From contig JBBIQV010000002.1 of the NCBI GenBank assembly GCA_037442105.1, positions 62,001-126,000 of the forward strand: a DNA stretch of 64,000 bases, in the 5' to 3' direction. Of this stretch, positions 56,387-64,000 are shown in pieces; within the stretch, counting starts at the first letter, position 1, and each line of letters begins with the position of its first letter. Made by a program: the position numbers and the translations under genes. The notes beneath the pieces were generated by a model. The model searched no databases. It was not told the DNA's origin and saw only the letters and a program-made list of their open reading frames with translations. This DNA comes from Nitrospiraceae bacterium. GTDB taxonomy: Bacteria > Nitrospirota > Nitrospiria > Nitrospirales > Nitrospiraceae.

Positions 56387-59137
56387 CTAATCCGGATTGG
56401 TTCTTGCGTCCTTCGCTGGGAACCGGATAGTAAACGTAGTCCCCTTGTTCTCCTCACTGTCGACGTGCAGAACACCTCCATACTTGGTGACGATCTTATG
56501 CACGATGCTGAGTCCCAACCCGGTGCCTTTGCCGGGTTCCTTGGTGGTAAAAAACGGATCGAAAATCTTATGCAGGATCGTTTGAGGAATACCGCAGCCT
56601 GTGTCGGCAATGCGAACCGCGCTGGAGTCCCCTTCCAAGGCCGTGGCCAAAGTCAACTGGCCTCGCCCCTTCATGGCCTGCACGGCGTTGCTGATCAGGT
56701 TGACGAAGAGCTGTTCGATCTCAGCCTTGCGGGCGGTGAGATGCGGGACGGGCTCGAAGTGCGTCACGACGTTCACGTAACCGAAATGTGGACCTCGGCG
56801 TACCATTTTGACGGCTTCGGTGAGCCGTTCGCGAAGATCCACCGTGCCTTCTCCCTCCAAAGAAACAGCGCGTGCGTACCCGGCGAAGTCGCGGACGACA
56901 TCCGAGACGTGTCTGGCATAGCCGACGATATCCGATGCGTATTCGCGTATTCGGTCAGGGTTTTGTTCGTCCAAGATGAGTTCGGCCATGCTCAGGATCG
57001 CCTGGGCCGGGTTATTGACCTCGTGCGCCATTCCAGAGACCAGGGTGCCGAGACTCGAAAGCTTTTCAGCTTGCACGAGTTGATCCCGTAATTGTCGTGC
57101 TTCGGTGACATCCCACACGACCATGCCGGTCTGCGGCTGCTCGTTCCCCCGAAGGGCGACAGAGAACAGGCGATACCGAAACACTCGCTTGCCCGCTTCG
57201 AACTCGACATCCTGCTGATCGAGGCTGCCGCCGGTCACTAGGGCGTCGAGCTGTTGCCGGAATCGATGGCGGGCCGCCTCGTTCATAGGGAGCGTCTCGG
57301 GGAGCCGGCGCCCTACGAGAGACGTTCCCTCTTGCCCGAAGGTCCGGTTCGCCGATCCATTGGCGTAGATGATCTCGTGTTGTCCGTCGCTGATGAGAAT
57401 GGCGCCGGGCAGGCTGGCCAGAATGTTTTCGGTCTCCTCGGAAGCGCGACGCAGCGCATTGTCTGCCCGCTTGCGCTCGATGAACTGCGCGATCTTGATC
57501 CCGATGTCGGACATCGCCTGCATGAGGCGACTGTTCGGGTCACGGGTGCTTCGGGAAAAGAACTCGATGACACCGGACAGGGCCCCGCCGGACTTGATCG
57601 GAAACGCGAACGCGCCGTGAAGCCCCACCCGAGCAGCCGTGGGAGCGAACGGGCAGTTCTGATCTTGGACCATATCCAGGATCTGCGCCGGTTGCCCGCT
57701 TGCCCAAACTCGACCGGGAAGACCCACGCCAAAGGGAATGGCTGTGGCATAGTTGAGGTGGAGAAATTCGCCAAACCCGCCGGAAGCCGGTGGCCAACCG
57801 GCGGCGCAGCGCAGCACGTTCGCTTGGAGATCGATGCGCCAAATCAGACCGACATCCCAGCCGACCATCCCGCAGACTTCGCCCAACAATTGCGGCATCG
57901 CCTCGTCGAGGGTACCGGCTGTTGCCAAGATGTGGCTCACCGCGAGTTGTGCCTGTTGCAGCCCTTCCGCCCGTTTCCGCTCCGAGATGTCCCTGAAAAC
58001 CACGACCGCGCCGGCCAGCGTCTCCTGCTCCCGAATGGGCGTACTCACATACTCGACGGGAAAACTCGTTCCGTCCTTCCGCCAGAAGATTTCGTCCTGC
58101 ACATGATGGATCAGGCCGTCCTTGAACGCCGCATAGATCGGACAGGCGGTCCTTGGGTACGGGTTCCCGTCCGGATAGGAATGGTGCAGGATCGCGTGCA
58201 TTGGTTGGCCGATCAGCTCGGCGGCATCCCATCCGAGCATCCGTGCGGCCGCCGGATTGACGAACGTCGTCCGGCCTTGGGCATCCAAGCCGTAGATGCC
58301 TTCACCGGCCGAATTGAGGAGCAGTTGGTTGTGCCGGCTCAACCGCTCCAGCTCCGCGCCTGTGCGCTTCCGTTCGGTGATGTCGCGGATGATGCCGCTG
58401 AACCACCGCCCTTCCTGGGTCTGCCAAGAGGCGAGCGACAGTTCCAACGGAAATTCCTGACCCTGTTTCGTCAAGCCCATCAGTTCGAGCGTTTTCCCCA
58501 CCAATCGGGATTCCCCTGTCCGTATCAACCGGGCCAGTCCTTGTTCGTGAGCTTGCCGGTACCGTTCCGGCATGAGCACGGTCAGTGGACGACCGAGCGC
58601 CTCTTCTTTTGAATAGCCGAACACGCGTTCCGCCGCGTTGTTCCACGAGATGATGTACCCCCCGTGATCGGCTAGAATAATGGCGTCGGTTGCGGATTCC
58701 ACAAGAACACGGAACCGGTCTTCACTGGCGCGCAACGCCTGTTCGACATGCTCCGCGCGCTCGGCGAGGTCCTTGACGGATACCGCTCGGCGAAGCACGG
58801 CTTTGACTTCCTGCGAGTTGTACGGTTTGGTGAGATAGGCGAAAGCGCCTCTGATGAGAGAGCCGATCGTGTTCTCGGCGCTGGCGTGTCCGGTTAGCAC
58901 AATAATCGGCAGGTGAGGGTCCAACTCCGTCAGCACCTTCAGCACTGACAGCCCGTTCAGATCCGGTAGTTGGATGTCTAAAAGGACTGCGCCGAAGCGG
59001 TTGTGCCGGACCTGTTCCAAGGCGTCGGCGCCGAGAGCGACGCTCTGCACGTCGTACCCTTCGCTGACCAACAGGTCACTCAGCGTTTCTCTGGTGTCTG
59101 GGTCGTCGTCGACAATGAGAACCGGCGGGGTAAACAT
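56387..59137 (-). CDS. Hybrid sensor histidine kinase (REC-PAS-PAS-GAF-PAS-HisKA-HATPase)
   Basis: REC (IVDDD, LLDIQLP), PAS motifs (NNAAERVFGY, NPAAARMLGW), GAF (GLPGRVW), AHEVNNP, DTGCGI, FFTTK, GTGLGL. Confidence 0.93.
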   Translation of the reverse strand: MFTPPVLIVDDDPDTRETLSDLLVSEGYDVQSVALGADALEQVRHNRFGAVLLDIQLPDLNGLSVLKVLTELDPHLPIIVLTGHASAENTIGSLIRGAFAYLTKPYNSQEVKAVLRRAVSVKDLAERAEHVEQALRASEDRFRVLVESATDAIILADHGGYIISWNNAAERVFGYSKEEALGRPLTVLMPERYRQAHEQGLARLIRTGESRLVGKTLELMGLTKQGQEFPLELSLASWQTQEGRWFSGIIRDITERKRTGAELERLSRHNQLLLNSAGEGIYGLDAQGRTTFVNPAAARMLGWDAAELIGQPMHAILHHSYPDGNPYPRTACPIYAAFKDGLIHHVQDEIFWRKDGTSFPVEYVSTPIREQETLAGAVVVFRDISERKRAEGLQQAQLAVSHILATAGTLDEAMPQLLGEVCGMVGWDVGLIWRIDLQANVLRCAAGWPPASGGFGEFLHLNYATAIPFGVGLPGRVWASGQPAQILDMVQDQNCPFAPTAARVGLHGAFAFPIKSGGALSGVIEFFSRSTRDPNSRLMQAMSDIGIKIAQFIERKRADNALRRASEETENILASLPGAILISDGQHEIIYANGSANRTFGQEGTSLVGRRLPETLPMNEAARHRFRQQLDALVTGGSLDQQDVEFEAGKRVFRYRLFSVALRGNEQPQTGMVVWDVTEARQLRDQLVQAEKLSSLGTLVSGMAHEVNNPAQAILSMAELILDEQNPDRIREYASDIVGYARHVSDVVRDFAGYARAVSLEGEGTVDLRERLTEAVKMVRRGPHFGYVNVVTHFEPVPHLTARKAEIEQLFVNLISNAVQAMKGRGQLTLATALEGDSSAVRIADTGCGIPQTILHKIFDPFFTTKEPGKGTGLGLSIVHKIVTKYGGVLHVDSEENKGTTFTIRFPAKDARTNPD

Positions 59138-59222
59138 AGGGAGGCCCCTCTCTGTTCCGAAGTGGCGCACCGCACAAGCATTGGCACCCTGCCGGGGGCC
59201 AATCCTCACGGCTCCCTAACAC

Positions 59223-59237
59223 GCAACCGCTATGCCA
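59223..59237 (-). promoter_or_regulatory. sigma54 -24/-12 promoter for the kinase gene
   Basis: Minus strand TGGCATAGCGGTTGC. Confidence 0.75.
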
Positions 59238-59359
59238 TATACCACTACAGCAGCCCCTGTCAAAGGGGGAAAGAACTAAGCCATTGTCAGTTCGAAAGGT
59301 ACTACTTATGAGGTGGTTCTTATCACGGACAAGCATTGATGACAAGTGTGAGAACTACG

Positions 59360-59400
59360 GTATCGCATTTGATACGGCTGTTATCGGATGCGATACAGGA
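59360..59400. promoter_or_regulatory. Twin palindromic boxes, putative enhancer-binding-protein sites
   Basis: GTATC-N6-GATAC at 59360-59375 and TTATC-N6-GATAC at 59381-59396; the pair recurs at 60873-60910. Confidence 0.65.
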
Positions 59401-59422
59401 GGAAGCAAGAAACTGAGCGGGG

Positions 59423-59806
59423 CTAGCGCCTGGATCCGATAGCCCGCCGAAGCGTGGCACGTAGCTTATCTCGATTGCACGGTTTGGTCAGGCATGCGAA
59501 GGCGCCTTCCGCGAGGAGATCGATGGTGCGCTCGGCTGTCAGGAATGCACTCAAGATGATGACCGGCAGGTTCTGGTCCATTTCTTGGAGAGCCCTGAGG
59601 ACCGACGTTCCGTCTCCGTCTGGTAAGCCGAGATCGAGCAGCACGGCGTGATATCGGCACTCCCGCGCACAAGCGATCGCCGCTGCGCAGGTTTCAGCGG
59701 AGTCCGTTTGATAGCCGTCATGCAGCAGCAAGTCTTGCAACCAGATGACAATGTCCGGATCATCGTCCACGATGAGGATCGTCTGTTCAGATGAAGCTGT
59801 GGCCAT
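59423..59806 (-). CDS. Single-domain response regulator, paralogous to the kinase REC domain
   Basis: ILIVDDDPD, LLDLGLPD, LTKP. Confidence 0.88.
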   Translation of the reverse strand: MATASSEQTILIVDDDPDIVIWLQDLLLHDGYQTDSAETCAAAIACARECRYHAVLLDLGLPDGDGTSVLRALQEMDQNLPVIILSAFLTAERTIDLLAEGAFACLTKPCNRDKLRATLRRAIGSRR

Positions 59807-60054
59807 CGTGTCTTCCTTCGTGCCCGAGGGATTTCTATGATGACCAATTCCTGGCAGTAGTTCCTTGCCTCGCCGAACACCAGGTGCAGCGGCTGTTGTT
59901 CGGTCTTGCCGCCTGCTTCGGGAAGATAGTGCGTCGTGCGAGCATCACGCTGGGCTCTCTCGTGTTACCGTGCTTGCCAGAATCACGAGAGAGCACAGTT
60001 GCGGCGCATACGCCGTTGGCTGGCGCGGGGGGGGGGTGCCTTTACATAACAAGT

Positions 60055-60456
60055 TCACAGGTTACCGAGGCTGACGTTGGCGAGACCATGGTGTGGGGCG
60101 ATCCGCGCCTGTGCGCCTGCATGGTCGATCCGTACGATGCGGGGCTTGCGGGCAGGCTCTCGTTGCAGGCGTGGCCGTCCGACTTTCAGCTTCCCCGTGC
60201 GTTTTGGAAACGGAAGTGCATTGGCTCTCTCCATGCGAGCAATGGCAACTCTGACCGCGTCAGCCATCAATCGGGCGACCGTCAGGCCTGGTGTCCCATA
60301 GACGGCGTCCCGAATTCGTTCGATCAGTTCAGTAGGCAGGTTCACCGTCAGGCGTCCGGTCCGGTTCTTTGCCGGTACCGTGAAGGAAGGAAGGGCTAGG
60401 CTCTGTGTGGATCGCCGGCGATTTCGGGCATACTCAATACGTTTCAGTGACGGCAT
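60055..60456 (-). CDS. Hypothetical protein, probable ribbon-helix-helix DNA-binding fold
   Basis: RLTVNLPTELIERIRDAV...LTVARLMADAV strand-helix-helix pattern; SD GAGGT. Confidence 0.6.
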   Translation of the reverse strand: MPSLKRIEYARNRRRSTQSLALPSFTVPAKNRTGRLTVNLPTELIERIRDAVYGTPGLTVARLMADAVRVAIARMERANALPFPKRTGKLKVGRPRLQREPARKPRIVRIDHAGAQARIAPHHGLANVSLGNL

Positions 60457-60493
60457 GTCAACCTCATAGTCTCCCGTCCGTTTTGCGCCCGGT

Positions 60494-60535
60494 TAAAGCG
60501 GGCCGCGTCTTAAGTGAGGGAAAAGACGCGGCCCG
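60494..60535 (-). terminator. 13-bp perfect stem-loop, possible intrinsic terminator
   Basis: cgggccgcgtctt-N11-aagacgcggcccg followed by CTTTA on the minus strand (weak U tract). Confidence 0.5.
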
Positions 60536-60739
60536 ATGGCGTAGGTGTGAGGCGGCTCTGCGACCCCGGATGGGCACGATCCGGAACCTCTGATAATTGG
60601 CACGACCGCAACAGCCGTGCTCGATCAAGTGGAGTCGGCTCAATACCTCGCCCCTTGGAGAACTTCGCAGACAGAACTGCTTCTATCCGCGAGTGTTCCT
60701 CTGACTCATTGACTTATTCTGTTTGAACTATCCCGCCAC

Positions 60740-60755
60740 AGCAACAGTCGTACCG
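60740..60755 (-). promoter_or_regulatory. sigma54 -24/-12 promoter
   Basis: Minus strand CGGTACGACTGTTGCT (GG-N10-GC), with an AT-rich IHF-like tract upstream. Confidence 0.6.
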
Positions 60756-60872
60756 CCGTCACTGACCGAAAAATATTTTTACTGTGATTGTGAAAGTGCT
60801 TGATTTATCGTGGAATGTCAGGGGTGCTCACAAATCAGGTGGAGTGTGGACCAGAAGATGACCAGGAGGACA

Positions 60873-60914
60873 GTATCGAAATGAATACGAGTCGTTATCA
60901 GGATGGATACAGGA
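60873..60914. promoter_or_regulatory. Second copy of the twin palindromic boxes
   Basis: GTATC-N6-AATAC at 60873-60888 and TTATC-N6-GATAC at 60895-60910, followed by AGGA as in the first copy. Confidence 0.65.
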
Positions 60915-60949
60915 ATGAGAGTAGCGGAAGATGCCCTGCGAAGGGCTAG

Positions 60950-61468
60950 CTACTGGTGCAGATGCTTCAGTGCGGCGGCGCAGAGGATGATGAAAAACCC
61001 TATCCACAGCGCAGCCCGTTGGTAGGGGATGGCTTCGTAGACTTCTTCTCCTTCAGTCTGTTCTTCCTTCTCAGGTTGGAAGATCACCGTGTAGAGGAAG
61101 AGTGTAAGAAGACAAAGGACAAGGAAGAGTTTGATGAAAAAGACGGTGAGATATTTGGCGTGGTGTTGGACGCCGTCACCCGTCTGGGAAACCAGGAGCT
61201 GATTCACATAGTGGAGGTTGATCCCTCCCGTAAGCAGCAGCACGACCAGCAGAATTCCCGCGACGCGCTTGTACTGTTTGTAGAAGGCGTCGGTGATAGG
61301 CTTGACGTATTCTTTCGGGATCCCGCCGGCTTTCAGCCCCGGGGTGACGGCCAGGACCAGGAAGGCCAGGCCTCCGATCCAGATAACGGCCGATAATAAA
61401 TGAAACCAGTGATTGACAATCGGGATGAGCCGGTTGATGTCGAGGAACGTGCTTTGGAGGGCGTCCAC
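60950..61468 (-). CDS. Four-TM membrane protein (CopD/DUF4149-like)
   Basis: HWFHLLSAVIWIGGLAF...LTGG...IKL pattern. Confidence 0.75.
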   Translation of the reverse strand: MDALQSTFLDINRLIPIVNHWFHLLSAVIWIGGLAFLVLAVTPGLKAGGIPKEYVKPITDAFYKQYKRVAGILLVVLLLTGGINLHYVNQLLVSQTGDGVQHHAKYLTVFFIKLFLVLCLLTLFLYTVIFQPEKEEQTEGEEVYEAIPYQRAALWIGFFIILCAAALKHLHQ

Positions 61469-61476
61469 TAGAGACT

Positions 61477-61569
61477 CGTGATGGGTAATGAGTCATGAGT
61501 GATGGGTGAGAGAACGGTAAACTGTTTGATCAGACCGAACTCATCACGCATCACTGATCACTCATCACT
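61477..61569. repeat. Heptamer-unit hairpin, family D
   Basis: gtgatgg gtaatga gtcatga gtgatgg gtga ... catcacg catcact gatcact catcact. Confidence 0.85.
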
Positions 61570-62954
61570 TAGAATTTAAAGACCGGGGTGTCGTTCCCGA
61601 ACCGCTTCTTCCTCAGCTCTTCCATCAATTCGACGGTGATGAGTTGGATGCCCTGTTCTCTGGCATGGCGCTCAACACCCTTCTTCACCATCGCTCGTAG
61701 GAAGTAAGGGATGCGGCTGAGCCTCGTCTGCGAAGCGTCATCCCAGGCGATTTCCGATTTTTCCGGCGTATTGAAGGCCACGCGGACTTTCTCGCCCCCC
61801 TTCGGCTGGTAGAGACACCACTGGTCTTCATCCAACCAGTCGCCATGGTCCACGTAAGGACGTGCCCGGCAGCCGCCGCAGATGTCGCTGTACTCGCAAT
61901 CCCCGCATTTGCCTTTAAGTTGAGGATATCGGAAAGAGTTGAAAATGTCGGACTTCTCCCACAGGTCTATGAAGCTCGCCGCGCGGACATTGCCGGCTGA
62001 GAGCGGCATATAGGGGCAAGGAGTCAATTCCCCGTTCGGAGTCACTCGCGCATAGTTGGTGCCGGCCAAGCAACCTCCGCCCATATAGCCCGTCGCCTTG
62101 GTGATCGGCGAGTTCGGATCTTTTTCGTAGGCGAGCCGTTTGAAATGCGGCGCGCAGCGAGCCCGGACCAGCATGTTCTTGTACTTGTCCTGGGAGTCGA
62201 CCAAATGGCCAAGCACTTCTTCGTACTGGGCCGGGGTGATGTCGGTCAGTTCCTCGCCGCGCCCGGTACAGACCATGAAGAAGACATTGAGGACTCTGGC
62301 GCCGAGATTGTGAGCCCAGTCGATCACCGCCGGCAGTTCTTGATAGTTCATCGGCTGCGCGCTGAAGTGGACTTGAAACTGTAGGCCGTTGCGTTTACAG
62401 GCTTCGATGCCTGCCACCGCCGCTTCCCAGGCGCCGGGGACTCCACGGAACCGATTGTGCTTCTGTGGGTCCAGTGAATCGATACTGATACCGACTCCCA
62501 TGACGCCGATCTCGACCAGTTGCTTGGCCATTCGATCGTTGATCAACATGCCGTTCGTGCCGAACACGACCATGAAGCTGAGTCCCACTGCGTAGCGGGC
62601 GATATCGAGGATGTCGGGACGAACCAGCGGCTCGCCGCCCGTGATGACGAGCAAGCAGCCCTTGTTCACCTCTGCGATTTGGTCGATGAGCCGGAAACAC
62701 TCGGCGGTCGTGAGCTCGTCGGCACCGCCCCCGGCCTTGGTCGTCGCGTCCAGGTAACAGTGGTCGCATTTGAGGTTGCAACGCTTCGTGAGGTTGAGTG
62801 CGATCAGGTAAGGCTTGAAGTCGTCAACGGTGCGGCCATCCCGTGGGCCTGACGAGGATTGGTCTGGGGAGATGAACCGTGCGATCTGTTGTTGAAGGGA
62901 ATCCAGCTTTCCCGCGAACGGCGAGAAGTTGAGGATGGGGAGCGACTTGCCCAT
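61569..62954 (-). CDS. Radical SAM/SPASM protein (AhbD/NirJ-like) with a C-terminal PCP_red-like domain
   Basis: CNLKCDHC, TGGEPL, GTNG, RCAPH, SPASM cysteines (GCLAG...PCPY...CGDC...CGGCRAR...C). Confidence 0.88.
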   Translation of the reverse strand: MGKSLPILNFSPFAGKLDSLQQQIARFISPDQSSSGPRDGRTVDDFKPYLIALNLTKRCNLKCDHCYLDATTKAGGGADELTTAECFRLIDQIAEVNKGCLLVITGGEPLVRPDILDIARYAVGLSFMVVFGTNGMLINDRMAKQLVEIGVMGVGISIDSLDPQKHNRFRGVPGAWEAAVAGIEACKRNGLQFQVHFSAQPMNYQELPAVIDWAHNLGARVLNVFFMVCTGRGEELTDITPAQYEEVLGHLVDSQDKYKNMLVRARCAPHFKRLAYEKDPNSPITKATGYMGGGCLAGTNYARVTPNGELTPCPYMPLSAGNVRAASFIDLWEKSDIFNSFRYPQLKGKCGDCEYSDICGGCRARPYVDHGDWLDEDQWCLYQPKGGEKVRVAFNTPEKSEIAWDDASQTRLSRIPYFLRAMVKKGVERHAREQGIQLITVELMEELRKKRFGNDTPVFKF

Positions 62955-62960
62955 ATCGCT

Positions 62961-64000
62961 TTAGGCACTTCCCTTTCCTGTGAGATCGGCGATCAGGTCC
63001 TTAAGGTTGCCGGTCTTCATCGCTTCGGCCATATAGCTCTTCGACTGCTCGATACCCTCGTTGGCTACTTCGATCGTGATGACCGTCGTGCCGATCTTGT
63101 CCGCATGTTTCTGGATGAGGGCGCGGGTACACTCGCGCATGAAGCCCTCAGGCGCCCGTTCAAGCCGAGCCTGCGCGTCAGGCGTCCAGGTGTAGAGAGG
63201 CGCCGGTTCCGCTGTGTGGCCGTTCCCGTTCCCATTGCCGTGTTTGTGCTCCGGCTTCGCGCCGTTGGCGCCGCTCGCGGCGGCTGTTGCGGTGGCTCCG
63301 GTCTTGGGCAAGGCCCCGGTTCCCTTATTGGCGAAAATGGGGCTGTAGTCTTCCGATGCGGCTTCCTGAATCATGGGCGCGGCATATTCCAACGTGATGG
63401 TGGTGATGCCGAGCTTGCGGGCGCTCTTTTCGATTTTGGCTTTAGCCCGGCGGCGCTGGAAGCCGGCTGGGATCGCACGGATCGCCTCCTTGGCATCCTT
63501 CGTCCATTGCATCGGCACATCGTCGTAGGCCACATCCGTTTCGAGGCCACCTTCGGCTTTCGCCGCTGCGTCGAAGATGCCTTTGTCGACCTGCTTGAAT
63601 CGGTCACCCGCGGCGCTGCAGACAGGACACTTGACCGGCGCGTCGCCCTTTCCGATGTAACCACAGCCGTCGCAGACGAAGTAGTTCTGGCTCATCCGGT
63701 CGAGGTAAGCCTGGGTCGTGTTTGCCGGTTTTGGCTTCTCCTCGACGATCTCGGTCATCATGCCGCTGAGCTTGTTGCCCATGAGGTCTTTGGCCACCGC
63801 ATCGTCGGCCTGCATCTTGTCGCGATTGATGCCCGATGCATCGAGGCCGGCGCCCAGCGCGCGCATCGCGTCCATCGCACCCTTGGGCAAAATGTGCCCG
63901 ACCGCCGCATCGACCACCGTGTTGCTGATGATGGTGTGACCCTTCTCGATGGCATAGCGGTGGATGGCGGTCTTGGCCACGCCCCGTGCGAACACAGGGA
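62961..64000 (-). CDS. Partial multi-domain protein (5' end outside the window) with a rubredoxin-like CxxC...CxxC and repeated PCP_red-like domains
   Basis: VCDGCGYIGKGDAPVKCPVC; repeats WTKDAKEAIRAIP...IT and WTPDAQARLERAP...IT. Confidence 0.8.
   Translation of the reverse strand, partial: PVFARGVAKTAIHRYAIEKGHTIISNTVVDAAVGHILPKGAMDAMRALGAGLDASGINRDKMQADDAVAKDLMGNKLSGMMTEIVEEKPKPANTTQAYLDRMSQNYFVCDGCGYIGKGDAPVKCPVCSAAGDRFKQVDKGIFDAAAKAEGGLETDVAYDDVPMQWTKDAKEAIRAIPAGFQRRRAKAKIEKSARKLGITTITLEYAAPMIQEAASEDYSPIFANKGTGALPKTGATATAAASGANGAKPEHKHGNGNGNGHTAEPAPLYTWTPDAQARLERAPEGFMRECTRALIQKHADKIGTTVITIEVANEGIEQSKSYMAEAMKTGNLKDLIADLTGKGSA

Noticed and set aside
57254..58612. Long antisense ORFs (for example 57254-58612, 38613-39707, 47147-48232, 1607-2506)
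   Set aside because: They are shadows of well-supported genes on the opposite strand, expected in high-GC DNA.
3711..61569. Heptamer repeats as CRISPR arrays
   Set aside because: Units are 7 nt and directly tandem, with no unique spacers and no cas genes.
1..64000. tRNA, rRNA, transposase or integrase genes
   Set aside because: None recognised by eye; tRNAscan-SE and HMM searches would be needed to exclude them formally.

Overview
GC-rich bacterial chromosomal window. Gene content and order suggest Nitrospira/Nitrospirota (inference). About 65 CDS are supportable; no rRNA, tRNA, CRISPR array, integrase or transposase was recognised. Main blocks: (1) a heme-oxygenase-like diiron protein plus a beta-oxidation set (acyl-CoA ligase, thiolase, 3-hydroxyacyl-CoA dehydrogenase, enoyl-CoA hydratase), CBS protein and patatin, followed by a phage-type HTH gene coupled to tryptophanase; (2) dapL, a glutamine amidotransferase, a decayed integron-cassette-like remnant and pmtA; (3) three accessory exported-protein genes; (4) a Lon-N/ABC-2/SirB1 operon; (5) truD and a split ArgZ/AgrE-like arginine dihydrolase/ornithine cyclodeaminase pair; (6) a Tad/Flp pilus cluster (no prepilin peptidase seen) bracketed by imperfect direct repeats; (7) gpsA-larB and larC-antiporter-pdxA-rsmA-ftsK-lolA; (8) a sigma54-type two-component locus with a duplicated promoter/enhancer layout; (9) a radical SAM gene and a partial multi-domain gene sharing repeated PCP_red-like domains. 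The most striking non-coding signal is about 13 hairpins at gene junctions built from 7-nt tandem units. They fall into six sequence families but share one architecture.
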